Part shown: piece by piece, positions 12,648-24,532 of the stretch | Layout of the letters: each line of letters starts with the position of its first letter | Position numbering within the stretch: position 1 is the stretch's first letter | DNA from: Octopus bimaculoides | Lineage: Eukaryota | Assembly: GCF_001194135.2 (NCBI RefSeq) | Contig: NC_068982.1 | Location: 175,892,591-175,955,834 of the forward strand | Length of the DNA: 63,244 nucleotides | Direction: 5' to 3' | Translations under genes and position numbers: made by a program | Notes under the pieces: model-generated | Database searches by the model: none | Told to the model about the DNA's origin: nothing | The model's input: the letters and a program-made list of their open reading frames with translations, nothing else

Positions 12648-12965
12648 TTGTTGTTGTTGGCACTCCGTCGCTTACGACGTCGAGGGTTCCAGTTGATCCG
12701 ATCAACGGAACAGCCTGCTCGTGAAATTAACGTGCAAGTGGCTGAGCACTCCACAGACACGTGTACCCTTAACGTAGTTCTCAGGGATATTCAGCTTGAC
12801 AAGGCTGACCCTTTGAATTACAGGCACAACAGAAACAGGAAGTAAGAGTGAGAGAAAGTTGTAGTGAAAGAGTACAGCAGGGTTCGTCACCATCCCCTGC
12901 CGGAGCCTCGTGGAGCTTTTAGGTGTTTTCGCTCAATAAACACTCACAACGCCTGGACTGGGAAT
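12648..12965 (-). mobile_element. SINE family C copy (head truncated by gap), inserted in a family A copy
   Basis: TTGTTGGCACTCCGTCGCTTACGACGTCGAGGGTTCCAGTTGATCCG... near-identical to 14248-14596 and 23940-24318. Confidence 0.92.
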
Positions 12966-13640
12966 NNNNNNNNNNNNNNNNNNNNNNNNNNNNNNNNNNN
13001 NNNNNNNNNNNNNNNNNNNNNNNNNNNNNNNNNNNNNNNNNNNNNNNNNNNNNNNNNNNNNNNNNNNNNNNNNNNNNNNNNNNNNNNNNNNNNNNNNNNN
13101 NNNNNNNNNNNNNNNNNNNNNNNNNNNNNNNNNNNNNNNNNNNNNNNNNNNNNNNNNNNNNNNNNNNNNNNNNNNNNNNNNNNNNNNNNNNNNNNNNNNN
13201 NNNNNNNNNNNNNNNNNNNNNNNNNNNNNNNNNNNNNNNNNNNNNNNNNNNNNNNNNNNNNNNNNNNNNNNNNNNNNNNNNNNNNNNNNNNNNNNNNNNN
13301 NNNNNNNNNNNNNNNNNNNNNNNNNNNNNNNNNNNNNNNNNNNNNNNNNNNNNNNNNNNNNNNNNNNNNNNNNNNNNNNNNNNNNNNNNNNNNNNNNNNN
13401 NNNNNNNNNNNNNNNNNNNNNNNNNNNNNNNNNNNNNNNNNNNNNNNNNNNNNNNNNNNNNNNNNNNNNNNNNNNNNNNNNNNNNNNNNNNNNNNNNNNN
13501 NNNNNNNNNNNNNNNNNNNNNNNNNNNNNNNNNNNNNNNNNNNNNNNNNNNNNNNNNNNNNNNNNNNNNNNNNNNNNNNNNNNNNNNNNNNNNNNNNNNN
13601 NNNNNNNNNNNNNNNNNNNNNNNNNNNNNNNNNNNNNNNN

Positions 13641-13696
<56 letters not shown>

Positions 13697-14051
13697 CGCG
13701 TGTGTGTCTGTGTGTGTCCTGCAGGAATGTCATGTATGCAATGCATGCTGAAGTATATAAGTGATTGCAAATAACAAATCAAATTCTGATATTGATCTTT
13801 TGATTTCATGAGAAAGAACAGTAAACAGGGTACAAAGATTCTGTATTTAACCTACTTTAATGACAATTATTTCAAATGCGGCGAACTGGCAGAATCATGT
13901 GTGCGTCGAATAAACTCTTTGCGGTATATTTTTTCCTGACTCATTAGGTTCTGTGTTCAAATTCCACCGACGCTGAGTTTTACCTTTGACCCTCAGGGAG
14001 TCAACGAAATAAGTTTTAGTTGAGCACTGGGGACGATGTAATCGACTAGAC

Positions 14052-14718
14052 CAGGGTCGGCCAGCCCGCAGACTTTTATCTTGGGGCCCGCTTGATACTC
14101 TCTTGAAATGGGTTTATTCAAACAAACGCTTTTTGAAATTTTATCAAAATTTAAAGGTTGTAATGAAAATTAAGAAAGAAAGATACTATTGTTTTGCAAC
14201 AATACTATCTCATGCTGAATCAACGATCATTCATTCATTACTGTAATTGTTGGCACTCCGTCGCTTACGACGTCGAGGGTTCCAGTTGATCCGATCAACG
14301 GAACAGCCTGCTCGTGAAATTAACGTGCAAGTGGCTGAGCACTCCACAGACACGTGTACCCTTAACGTAGTTCTCGGGGATATTCAGCGTGACACAGTGT
14401 GACAAGGCTGACCCTTTGAATTACAGGCAAAACAGAAACAAGAAGTAAGAGTGAGAGAAATTTGTGGTGGAAGAGTACAGCAGGGTTCGCCACCACCCCC
14501 CTACCGGAGCCTCGTGGAGCTTTAGGTGTTTTCGCTCAATAAACACTCACAGCGCCCGAGTCCACTGCCCTAACCACTGGGCCATTGTGCCTCCACCATT
14601 AGTGTAATAATAACATGAGAAAGCAAATTGCTTTCAATTCTGTCAGTATACAAGCGGCCCTCAAAAAGCTTTCTATGATTAAAGTGGCCTGCAATGTAAT
14701 TCGAGTTGGCTAGGCCCG
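14052..14718. mobile_element. hAT-type MITE containing a nested SINE C
   Basis: Exact 8-bp TSD GACTAGAC (14044-14051 and 14719-14726); imperfect TIRs CAGGGTCGGCCAGC / GTTGGCTAGGCCCG. Confidence 0.85.
14248..14596 (-). mobile_element. SINE family C copy with deleted B-box region
   Basis: 12-bp TSD CATTACTGTAAT / CATTAGTGTAAT (1 mismatch); the head lacks the GGTTTCGATTCCC segment found in other copies. Confidence 0.92.
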
Positions 14719-15849
14719 GACTAGACCCTCCACTATAAGGGCTAGCCTTGTGCCAAAATTAGAATTTTAAGGTTTTCATATTTTTTTAAACATTGCATGC
14801 GCTGGTTTTAGTATAAGGGTCGTCCTTATAGTTTTATTAGTTTCAACAAGAGTTCTGGTCATGCTGGAGCACCGTCTGTGATAATGTGTGTGGATGTATG
14901 TATACACACGCACGCGCGAGCTTAGATTGAAAAGAAGTCCCTTATTACAATTGTGAAATAGTTATTAACAAATTTAATGGGTCTCAAAATCCTTATTTAG
15001 AATGAATTAAAACTTATCCGCTGATTTGAGTGAAAGGTCCTCTCAATGTTATATCCTTTGCCTAATGTTCTCATAGGGTTATTGTTATAGAAACTGCTTC
15101 GTCCCCATGAGATCAAAATTAGAGGTCTTCACTGTTCGTTTTCTTTTTGTTTCGTCGTTTAGTCATGAGGAAGGGCTGTGCACATTTCAGTGCCTGTAAA
15201 CTGTTAAGCGAGAAGGGGAAAAAAGTATACTCGAACCGGATACCTAGTTCAAATGCTAGCAAAAGAATGGGCTCTGCTAAAAGGCACCCAAGGACTAGGT
15301 GATGATGTTAAACCGTTGACGGATTATCTGTACCACCAAAGTAAACTAGGTGAGATTTGAATTTGGAATGACAAAAGCCGGAATACACACTGCAATGCAT
15401 CCCACCCGACGCCTTTAACGATTCTGCCAGTCCACCGCCCTAAGTACTTTATTCAACAATTCCGGAACGATGAAAACTGAGATTGGCTTCCGCGGGATTT
15501 AAACTCATAACAAATGGAACCGGATTAAATACCGCAAGTGCTGTAGCACTTTGCCCGATGCTGTAGCATTTCTCAGTCTGCTTCATTGATTTGATTGCAT
15601 GCGTGGAAATGTGTGTTGTATACGGTTGTATGAGTGTGAATATGTCTGTGTCTCTGTGCGTAGCTTTCCTAAAGTTGTGGCGATGTTTGTGAAAATTATG
15701 TGTTCGTGTATTTGTTCACAAATATATGCGCCCCCCCCCACTTACAATGGCATTAATTGTACACTGTTTGCGTGCGTGTAAATTGTGTATAGATCTATGC
15801 AGATCACACGCTGAGAGACGAGGCTAGTGTATGAACAAGATAGTACATA

Positions 15850-16160
15850 TCTATCTGTCCATCTATTTATCTATCTATCTATCTATCTATCACTGAATCG
15901 ACCAGACTCTCGGATGTTGTTTATCACCACTGGTCACGGAGCTCTTCTTGGCACTGTTGTTCTTCTCGAATGATGCCACCCCGCTAGCTAGCCGGACAGG
16001 CCGACATTCTCCCAGTCCAACGCAGGGTCACCCATTTACAGCAGAGTGAACTGGGGCAACGTGAAACGGAGTGTTTTGCTCAAAAACACGACGCAGCGCT
16101 GGCCTGGGAATCGAAACCACGATTTTGAGTGCAACATCCTAACTACAAGGCCACACAACT
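15850..16160 (-). mobile_element. SINE family E (tRNA head + CORE/Meta-like body + distinct tail ending in (GATA)n)
   Basis: Minus strand reads GTGTGGCCTTGTAGTTAGG...GGTTTCGATTCCCAGG...TTGAGCAAAACACT...CCCCAGTTCACTCTGCTGTAAATGGGTGACC..., then (GATA)n. Confidence 0.75.
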
Positions 16161-16999
16161 TTACACTCAAATTCACAAATCATTGGATTTGCCAGTCTGT
16201 ATTTGCCAGCGTATGAGACGCATCTCCTCTTTTATAGGTGTATGTTGTGAAAGAATAAATTTATGTTTTATCACAAATATACTGAAAGATATTTTAAAGT
16301 GGTTTTGTAGAGAGGGAATGTATGATACTGTTACAGTATACATTGTGTTTATGTCGGGACAGTATACGAGAGTATTCGCTGTGACTATTTAACTTTCTTT
16401 TCTACCGGATCAGATGTGTAGCTGTTTATATTTTGGCCAAAAGAACTGCCACATAAGATGTAAAATTCGTATTACTGGCTATGATATTTTATATAACCTT
16501 CATTGGTCACCAGGGCGGAGCACCACAGATACCATTTTGTTGTCATCCACGCACTAGAAATAGCTGACAAGTTGGAGAATTTTCATTCAGATAATTAGAA
16601 AAAAATGTTTCTTAAAGGTAACACAGCCATTAAATAATGTAAGACATATGTTAGGTGCGGATTATATACAATGGGGCAGGAGGTATTATGAGACGACGTG
16701 ACTTATCGTAATCAAATTTGTGCTAACAGACTGCAATAATTTGGCGTGTTTTCAATATTACATTATTAATATCAGCTATTTTACTTAGTGAACTTATACT
16801 TATCGGGTGCCCGAGCCAACGACACTCGGTCTCCCATCTGTAATACTATCGCTTTAAATACTGGACAATCGTATGATTAATTTAAAAGCATTAAAAGCGT
16901 GTCTTATATGCCGGCAACTACGGCAATTTATAGATTAATAATTTACTTAGCACTAAACTTAGGGGAGGGTAGGAATTTGTTTTTATTTACGTATTTCAA

Positions 17000-17220
17000 G
17001 GACCACACAAAGTGGAGGTATATCATCGTCAAGGAAACGGGCCATATAAACAACAACAGAGGTTAAGAGGCAGAGATCAGACGTCGAAGACGCAACGAGC
17101 GACTCACATTTCCTTGTCCCTCATCAACTCCCCCCTGCGATAAATGCCGCAGGCTCCTTTATACCACCCTTGGCCTAAACAGCCACCTCAGCCAACGGCA
17201 CCCTTCGGAATACGAATTAA
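17000..17220 (+). mobile_element. RTE-clade LINE 3' fragment
   Basis: Translates to ...EAEIRRRRRNERLTFPCPSSTPPCDKCRRLLYTTLGLNSHLSQRH, like the C-terminal CxxC..GLxSH zinc-finger tail of RTE/BovB ORFs; one in-frame stop upstream. Confidence 0.7.
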
Positions 17221-17374
17221 TGCCGCGACGACGACGACGACGACGATTTATTCGGACCTTGCCTTTCAGCCTTTCAGGGTCGATAAAATAAGGTACCAGT
17301 TGAGCACTGGGATTATGCACTCGACTAACCTACTTCCGCAAGATTTCAGGCCTTGTGCCTAATAATACAAAAAA

Positions 17375-17604
17375 GGCAGCGAGCTGGCAGAAACGTTAGC
17401 ACGCCGGATGAAATGCTTAGCGGTATTTCGTCTGTCGTTATGTTCTGAGTTCAAATTCCGCCGTGGTCGACTTTGCTTTTCATCCTTTCAGGGTCGATTA
17501 AATAAGTACCAGTTACGCACTGGGGTCGATATAATCGACTTAATACGTTTGTCTGTCCTTGTTTGTCCCCTCTGTGTGTAGCCCCTTGTGGGTAGTAAAG
17601 AAAT
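17375..17604 (+). mobile_element. SINE family B, full length (long tail), within a cluster of three B copies (~17255-17738)
   Basis: GGCAGCGAGCTGGCAGAAACGTTAGC...GAGTTCAAATTCC (B-box)...GCTTTTCATCCTTTCAGGGTCGATTAAATAAGTACCAG (resembles the Deu/Nin-type central domain). Confidence 0.92.
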
Positions 17605-18198
17605 AAGAAACATTAGCGCGCCGGACAAAACGCTTAGCGGCATTTCATTCATCATTACGTTCTGGGTTCAAACTCCGCCGAGGTCAACTTCGCCTTTCCT
17701 TCTTCCGGGATCGATAAAACGAAGTAACATTTGTGCAACNNNNNNNNNNNNNNNNNNNNNNNNNNNNNNNNNNNNNNNNNNNNNNNNNNNNNNNNNNNNN
17801 NNNNNNNNNNNNNNNNNNNNNNNNNNNNNNNNNNNNNNNNNNNNNNNNNNNNNNNNNNNNNNNNNNNNNNNNNNNNNNNNNNNNNNNNNNNNNNNNNNNN
17901 NNNNNNNNNNNNNNNNNNNNGATAATTTTTTTCAATAAATAGTTAACTCATACTTTATTTATTACACCGGTCCGCAAAGACGAAAGGCCAAGTTGACTTC
18001 AGGGAGACCTGACCGCAGGACATGCTGACTGACGTTTTAACGACACCATCAATCCAGCACCGATTAAATAGATCCAGAATTTCATTGGTGCTTACTTTTT
18101 TCGACACTCAAAAGAGTGAAAACAACAGAATGAACCACGGTGAGGCGCGAACTTACGAAGTATGGTTATGTAAAATAATTGCTTACGTCAGCATAATT

Positions 18199-18236
<38 letters not shown>

Positions 18237-18945
18237 AGCGTTGTAGTGTATTTTTGTTTACATTTAGACAAGTAGTGATTCGTGTTCCTCATTGTAAACG
18301 ATAGTGTGTGCATGTGTATGTGTTTTTTATTAATATGTAGTAATAGTAGTAGCAGTAGTAGTCTTAGTTCTTGCCATATATACATAGAGTTAGTATTGGA
18401 GTCGTAGTGGCGGTGGTGATAGAGTTGTAATGATGCTATGTATAAGAAAGAGTGGGATGACGGAGCGAAGAGCGTCGTCTTCCTGCGCCTCGGTGTATAC
18501 GTGCGCGCATGTGGACGCATATGTGCGTATGAGCGTGTGTGTATGCATGTATGTATGTATGTGCGCGCACGTATGAGAGTGCTGTGTTGTGATCTGAGCT
18601 AATAAGCAATAAGCGTGGGTGTTCTTAAGATAAACACATTCGTTCCTTGTACCCTAATGTCATTGCACCGTATTTGGGTGTTCTGTGTACATGGATGGGT
18701 GGATGTTGTTTTTGCCTAGCTCCAGGTCAAACTCTTATAAAGCAAACCCTATGATCAAAGACGCTCCAGTCGGTCTCGAAGGGCCTGGAAAGGCCATAAT
18801 AAGCAGATCCCCTCCCTTCGCATTAGAGCAATAAAATCAATTAACAAATAAATGAATTAAAATACCATATTTGTTTTCCACACATGGTTTAGTTAGGTCT
18901 ACACTACCCTATGTGACCTTCCTTTTTCTTTTTAAGACAGTAGAG

Positions 18946-19196
18946 TAGGGGTTCTCAACCTGGGATCCATATGGCCCTGGGCGAGGTCCATATGAGATTT
19001 TGTTGTTGAAATTTATCTGCAATAAATTGCTTATACTTCTACAATACACAAAATATTAAAAAAAAATTTTAATACAATTCTTAATAATTATTTAATTATA
19101 AAAATTAAGTAGGATGTCTTTTTATACACATCGAATGGCTGTGGAATCAAAGGCAAAAAAAGAAAAAAAAAAGGATAAGACAGCTGAGAACCACCG
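18946..19196. mobile_element. hAT/Charlie-like (MER5-like) MITE inserted in repeat family F
   Basis: Ends TAGGGGTTCTCAACC / CAGCTGAGAACCACCG; degenerate 8-bp TSD CAGTAGAG / CCGTAGAA; the family F host resumes on both sides. Confidence 0.7.
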
Positions 19197-19515
19197 CCGT
19201 AGAATGTATTTGAAGGATATTTGACTGTTATTTCTAGCAGGTTGAGTGACTACCTAGAGGCAGGTTCCTTCTTTCACTACTGGGTGGATGTATATATGTA
19301 TGTGTCATTGTACCGCTATGTTTGCCTTTCTGTTGTGTTCGCGGCAAATTGGAAATATATAAAATAAAGAAAAAAAGACAAAAGAAAGGTAAGTAGAAAG
19401 AAAAACAAAATCAGAGCGTTAAACTGCCTTGTCATGTCTCTTTACGCACCGAGTTCAATATCCTCTAAAGTCAAAATTGTTTTTCAGCTTTCTTTTTTCT
19501 TCACCCCGCCCACCC

Positions 19516-19566
<51 letters not shown>

Positions 19567-19859
19567 CTCTCTCTCACATACACACATACACACACACATT
19601 TATTTATCTATTTATTTCAGAGTTTAGGCAGAAGTGGGTCAATGCAATGACCTTTGCAGACCTTTTCTCCTAACTGCTAAGATTGATGCATCTGCAGTTG
19701 CCCAGCCTGAACACTAACCACCGGGTCAATGTCTGCTGGAAAAAAAAAAAAACCCCCAAAGCACCCGTGGANNNNNNNNNNGCTGGAAAAAAAAAAAAAA
19801 CCCCAAAGCACCCGTGGATCCAGTGATGATGTTCAACGAAGCGTATTTAGGCCTATCAC

Positions 19860-19873
19860 AGATAGATAGATAA

Positions 19874-19917
<44 letters not shown>

Positions 19918-20220
19918 ATAGACAGACGGATGGATGGATATATGAAAAAGTAGATAGATAGAGGAATAGACTTAGGTATAGATGAATAGGTAGTTAGAAA
20001 CATGGTTAAAAAATCGATAGATAAATATATAAATATAAGAATAGAGAAATTGATAGGACATGGATAAATGGTTAAAGGGAGGGACAGATAGATGAATAGA
20101 TGAATAGACAGATGGATAGACATATGTACAGATGGATAGGTAGAGAGATACTTGGACAAAAAGATAGATATATGGATGGATAGAGGGGTAAACGGTAAAT
20201 TAGATAGATAGAAACAATAT
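19860..20220. repeat. (GATA)n and degenerate GATA/GGAT tetranucleotide tract
   Basis: Directly visible. Confidence 0.9.
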
Positions 20221-20713
20221 GATAGCAAACATATTGTTGCTGAAACAATATGAACAAATATCGATTTTCTATATGTAATCAGGTGGCGCAGTAACTGAGA
20301 GATTAAGTCATTGAACTACTAAGCATGCAGTCACAAGTTCAGATCTGCCTACAGTTATATTGTTGTTGTACCAAAGTAGGGCGCATAATTAACTGTATTC
20401 ATTCCACTTTGCCTATATGGAAATAAAAAAGTATATTTTGCATAGACACAACAAAACAGATTGAACTCCTTCCTTAATAGGTGTGTGAAAGGTAGAAACA
20501 TAGCTGGTGTCTTTGATCAGATTTCTTCCCATTGAGGGCAGCTTATCTTGGGCTATATATGCGGACTTGTCTAGAATGGCTGTGTTGACAGTTTAGCTTC
20601 TAGATATTGTCCGTATGTTGTTGCCAGGAACGCAGTGAAATGCATTCAAGACCAATATGTTCAACATTACTTTACGTCCCTATAATGCCCATGATTCGGT
20701 ATCACATTACGGG

Positions 20714-20763
20714 AACCTAGCTCATTGGGCTCAGGCGGCCGCTTGAGACCAGCGAGCTAGGTT
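20714..20763. other. 50-bp near-perfect palindrome centred on GCGGCCGC
   Basis: AACCTAGCTC-ATTGGGCTCAG-GCGGCCGC-TTGAGACCAGC-GAGCTAGGTT; the outer 10 bp are perfectly inverted. Confidence 0.85.
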
Positions 20764-20959
20764 ACTTTAACGAAATTTTTTGTAGAGTTCAAAATTAGTG
20801 AGGCTTAACTGTTTTATTTATTATTTATTCAGATAAAATTTATTATATCCGTCTCCGATCCTCCAAGGTATAGTCTAACTTTCAGTCAAAATGTAAGAAC
20901 AAATATCGCCAAAGAATTTCTGAACTTAATTTCATTTTACTGTCTATCAAACTATAGTA

Positions 20960-21140
20960 CTGGTTTCAAATTTTGACAGAAGGCCAGCAATTTTGGGAGA
21001 GGAGTAAGTCAATTACATCGACCCCAGTACTTGAGTGGTTCTTACTTTATTCATCCCGAAAGGATGATAGGTAAAGTCGACCTCGGCGGAATTTGAACTC
21101 AAAACATAATGCCGCTAAGCATTTTGCCCGGCATGCTAAC
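20960..21140 (-). mobile_element. SINE family B copy (short tail)
   Basis: Reverse complement of the family B body and head. Confidence 0.85.
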
Positions 21141-22249
21141 GACTGTGCCAGTTCGCCGCCTTATCAATCTATAGATATTACAAAATCTTTAACAGAGACA
21201 GAGCCAAAATTTATTATTCTTGCTACGAGAATTTTTGCTTGTTCTATTAATCATTTCACTGGCAAAATAACACAACAACAATTACTCGGTATCTTTTCCT
21301 ACCTGCTACCGAGAGGTAATATTTATGTTCACTTAAACGTGGTTGTTTTGTTAGAACAAACTATACTGCGGTAGATACCACGAGAGAACCTCTCATATCG
21401 GCTTTTGGTGCAAAATGCACTCTTATTTATTATCGCTAGTGGGGAGATAGATATCTGCTACCTCCAGCACATAGACCACCAGATCATGTGGATTTAACCT
21501 TGCTTGGTCTTGTCAATCACAGACGCTCGACTGCTAGAGATAGCAGCAACTCATCTCCCCACCAGTGATATATAGAAAAACAGTGATTAACCAGATGGCT
21601 GTCTCCTTAACTATTCTCGAAATTATTGGTTCCACTGCTCTTAGCGCAGTGGAAAGCAATTAGAATTACAATTTTATAAATTTCAAATGTCCAGAGAGGC
21701 AATTTCTAAAAATCTGTCCATTCGTTTCTCAAAACAATCCAATGAGGCTATTTTAGAACAAAAAAGGCGACATTTTACAAAATGTGGCCCATCACCACCG
21801 TGCTTTTATATAATTTAAACTTATCCAGAAACTTTAATTTTATTCAAAGACACCACACATCAAAAATATTTGAATTTTAGAGTTCATACAGGCGCACTTC
21901 AAATTAATTACTGTATAATCTCCCGCGCCGCCACGTTTTCCTTACAACTACTAACTTTGTTCGTTTTTGGGTAAACACTTTTTCGTCCTCATTTCCGAAC
22001 TTCATTTGGCCACACTGAAAATCTATCAACATATTTTTTTACTATGCTGAGTTATCTCCACTATCCTGTTTGACTTTCACGCCCGCGCTCTTATTTTACT
22101 GGCCTGTTGTTTGGAAATACGTATTATTAAAAAAAAAAAAAAAAAACTCCTCGCCAAATTCTTGTCGATTTCTTTTAATCTAAGACTACTAATTTTTATA
22201 ATCATCGTCTTAAATAATTTTTGTTATAAATGTCTTTTATTGTTCACTA

Positions 22250-23075
22250 TACACAAACTCATTGACTCTTCTTTTCTCCTCTTCCTCATCTTAACCGTAG
22301 TAGGAGCGACATATCTTACATATAGAAAACTCTGAATTCAAATGTCTGCTGTCTTATGGGTCTCTTGGGTTGGGAAAGATTAGATGGAATAAATACCTTG
22401 ATGTAAAACCACTCAACTTTAGTCTGGTCATCTCATCTTTTTGTGCTGTTGAAGACCCTTAGTTTCCTAAATAAAAGTGGTTTGCGTATAGTGCAATTTT
22501 AGTTACTTATTGATCCCTTCAAGGCATCGAAACTGCTAGAATCTTTTGACGGGGGCTAAATTTTAGTTTCTTCTATCTTTTACGCGTTCCATCCTCTTTC
22601 CTTGTCTTACGAAATACCGTCTGTTGTAAAAGGTTAAAATGTCCTTCCAAGTCTCGTATACATCCAAAACCCACAATCCAACCCTATTAAGACAATTTGC
22701 AGGCTGTGCAATGCGCATGGCTTGCAAGTTCCCACCTTCTTAAATCTGGTAGTGCGCAGAGTTCTTTGCTAAATTTTGCAGAATACAACCGTTCGTTACA
22801 CCTCAACTCTTTAAATAGCACTCCTAAAAGTAAAGCTACCACTTTTCTGTGTTTCACTTCCTATTCCACAAGGCACACACATGCGAGCGCATGCGCACAC
22901 CACCGCATTCAATCCATACTCCAGATCATTTTTAACACAATCACTACCCTTCTCTTTCTTTCGTCCTCTCTCTTCTATCTAAACAAATCCATAGTATTAC
23001 ACAATAGTGTATCATGTTCTAATGAAGGTACTCTCACCGATCCTGCCAGCTACCGGCCTATTTATCTCTTTTAAA
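22250..23075 (+). mobile_element. Highly decayed CR1/L2-group LINE fragment (endonuclease to start of RT)
   Basis: The end translates to ...NEGTLTDPASYRPIYL, matching the xDPxNYRPISL motif that opens the RT of CR1/L2/Jockey-group LINEs; upstream sequence is only weakly EN-like. Confidence 0.6.
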
Positions 23076-23485
23076 ATGTCACAAATTTTATAGTATTATA
23101 AAATTACTTCTTGCATTACTTTCTGTCTCAACTCTTTTTAGTCATCACTAACTCTGTCCCCTTGAACATACCTCGAAAATATATTTCGATTAGTATATGA
23201 TGACAACCTACTTTGCTGCAACAACGCCAGGATACAGTCACTTTGCATATTAAGGAAACGCACACTGCACATCCTCCGTCATTCCCACAGTCAGTGAGAT
23301 GTTTGACAGTTTGGGAAAGCCTCTCTTGTAGCTCCATGCAATTATAATTATTATCTAACATTCATTTTAAATTTGCGTTTTTTTTACAAATTGACAGATC
23401 ATCGTAGGTCTTACCTAATAAATGGAGATTCTGGTCATACCCATTCCTATACTTAATCAGCATGAAAATAATATCGCTAAAATCT

Positions 23486-23647
23486 AGGCCCGTCGCCAGG
23501 TGCTTCAGAATATTCTGGGTGGGCACTAAATTGTAATAAATACTCCAGTGGAGTTCCAAAATAAGTGTATCACTGTAAATCTGAGTGTGCACCATTGAAT
23601 AGTGATGGGGAAGTCGTGTCCAGTGCACCCCCTTAGCGACAGGCATG
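23486..23647. mobile_element. Short MITE; second copy at 61761-61926 in opposite orientation
   Basis: TIRs AGGCCCGTCGCCAG / TAGCGACAGGCATG; shared internal CAGAATATTCTGGGTGGGCACTAA. Confidence 0.75.
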
Positions 23648-23939
23648 CTAAAACCCTTAGAAATGCTAAGTCGCCAAACTATTTATGCTTGATTCACATA
23701 GTTCTAAATCTGAATACCAGTTACTAGGCTTCTTTTATATGGCAAGGAAACACTTCATCTTCAAACCATACATTAGAATACCGAGGTAGGATGGTATTGT
23801 TGATACAGACGCAAACGCTTTAGACGGCGTTGGAAAAAGTAAACGATCAGTATGTTAATTCACAAAGGTCCACTAACCGATGCACTACAACCACCAACTT
23901 ATAAATGCACTCTTTTTCTATCACTGCTACAACAACTGA

Positions 23940-24318
23940 GTGGAGGCGCAATGGCCCAGTGGTTAGGGCAGCGGACTCGCGGTTTCGATTCCCAGACCGA
24001 GCGTTGTGAGTGTTTATTGAGCGAAAACACCTAAAGCCCCACGAGGCTCCGGCAGGGGATGGTGGCGAACCCTGCTGTACTCTCTCACCACAAATTTCTC
24101 TCACTCTTACTTCCCGTTTCTGTTGTGCCTGTAATTCAAGGGGTCAGGCTTGTCACACTGTGTCACGCTGAATATCCCCGAGAACTACGTTAAGGGTACA
24201 CGTGTCTGTGGAGTGCTCAGCCACTTGTATGTTAATTTCACGAGCAGGCTGTTCCGTTGATCGTATCAACTAGAACCCCCGACGTCGTAAGCGACGGAGT
24301 GCCAACAACAACAACAAC
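23940..24318 (+). mobile_element. SINE family C, near full length
   Basis: A-box TGGCCCAGTGG, B-box GGTTTCGATTCCC, (CAA)n tail; lacks a short segment of the head present in the copy at 35366-35718. Confidence 0.92.
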
Positions 24319-24532
24319 CGTTGATCCCTTGAAGTAGGGAATGATGGCGACAAATAGAAGTTCAAACTGATCGCTCTCACCGTTTGAGAAGACCTACAAA
24401 GGTCACGGATGCCTCTTCTTCCATTGATTAATTTAAAAAAAAATCTTATCAGAACTGTCACGTATCCGCATCCAGCTACGTTTATAAACATAATTTAGTG
24501 ATGATACTTCAACTCCATGTATTTCTTCATAC

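Larger units (their letters stand above)
13878..14765 (+). mobile_element. SINE family B copy split by a nested MITE
   Basis: Head and body at 13878-14051 (GCGGCGAACTGGCAGAATC...TAATCGACTAGAC); tail resumes at 14727 (CCTCC...CCTTGTGCCAAAATTAGAA). Confidence 0.75.

Noticed and set aside
19735-19818. Exact duplication GCTGG(A)nCCCCAAAGCACCCGTGGA
   Set aside because: The two copies flank a 10-N gap; this is the typical unmerged contig overlap.
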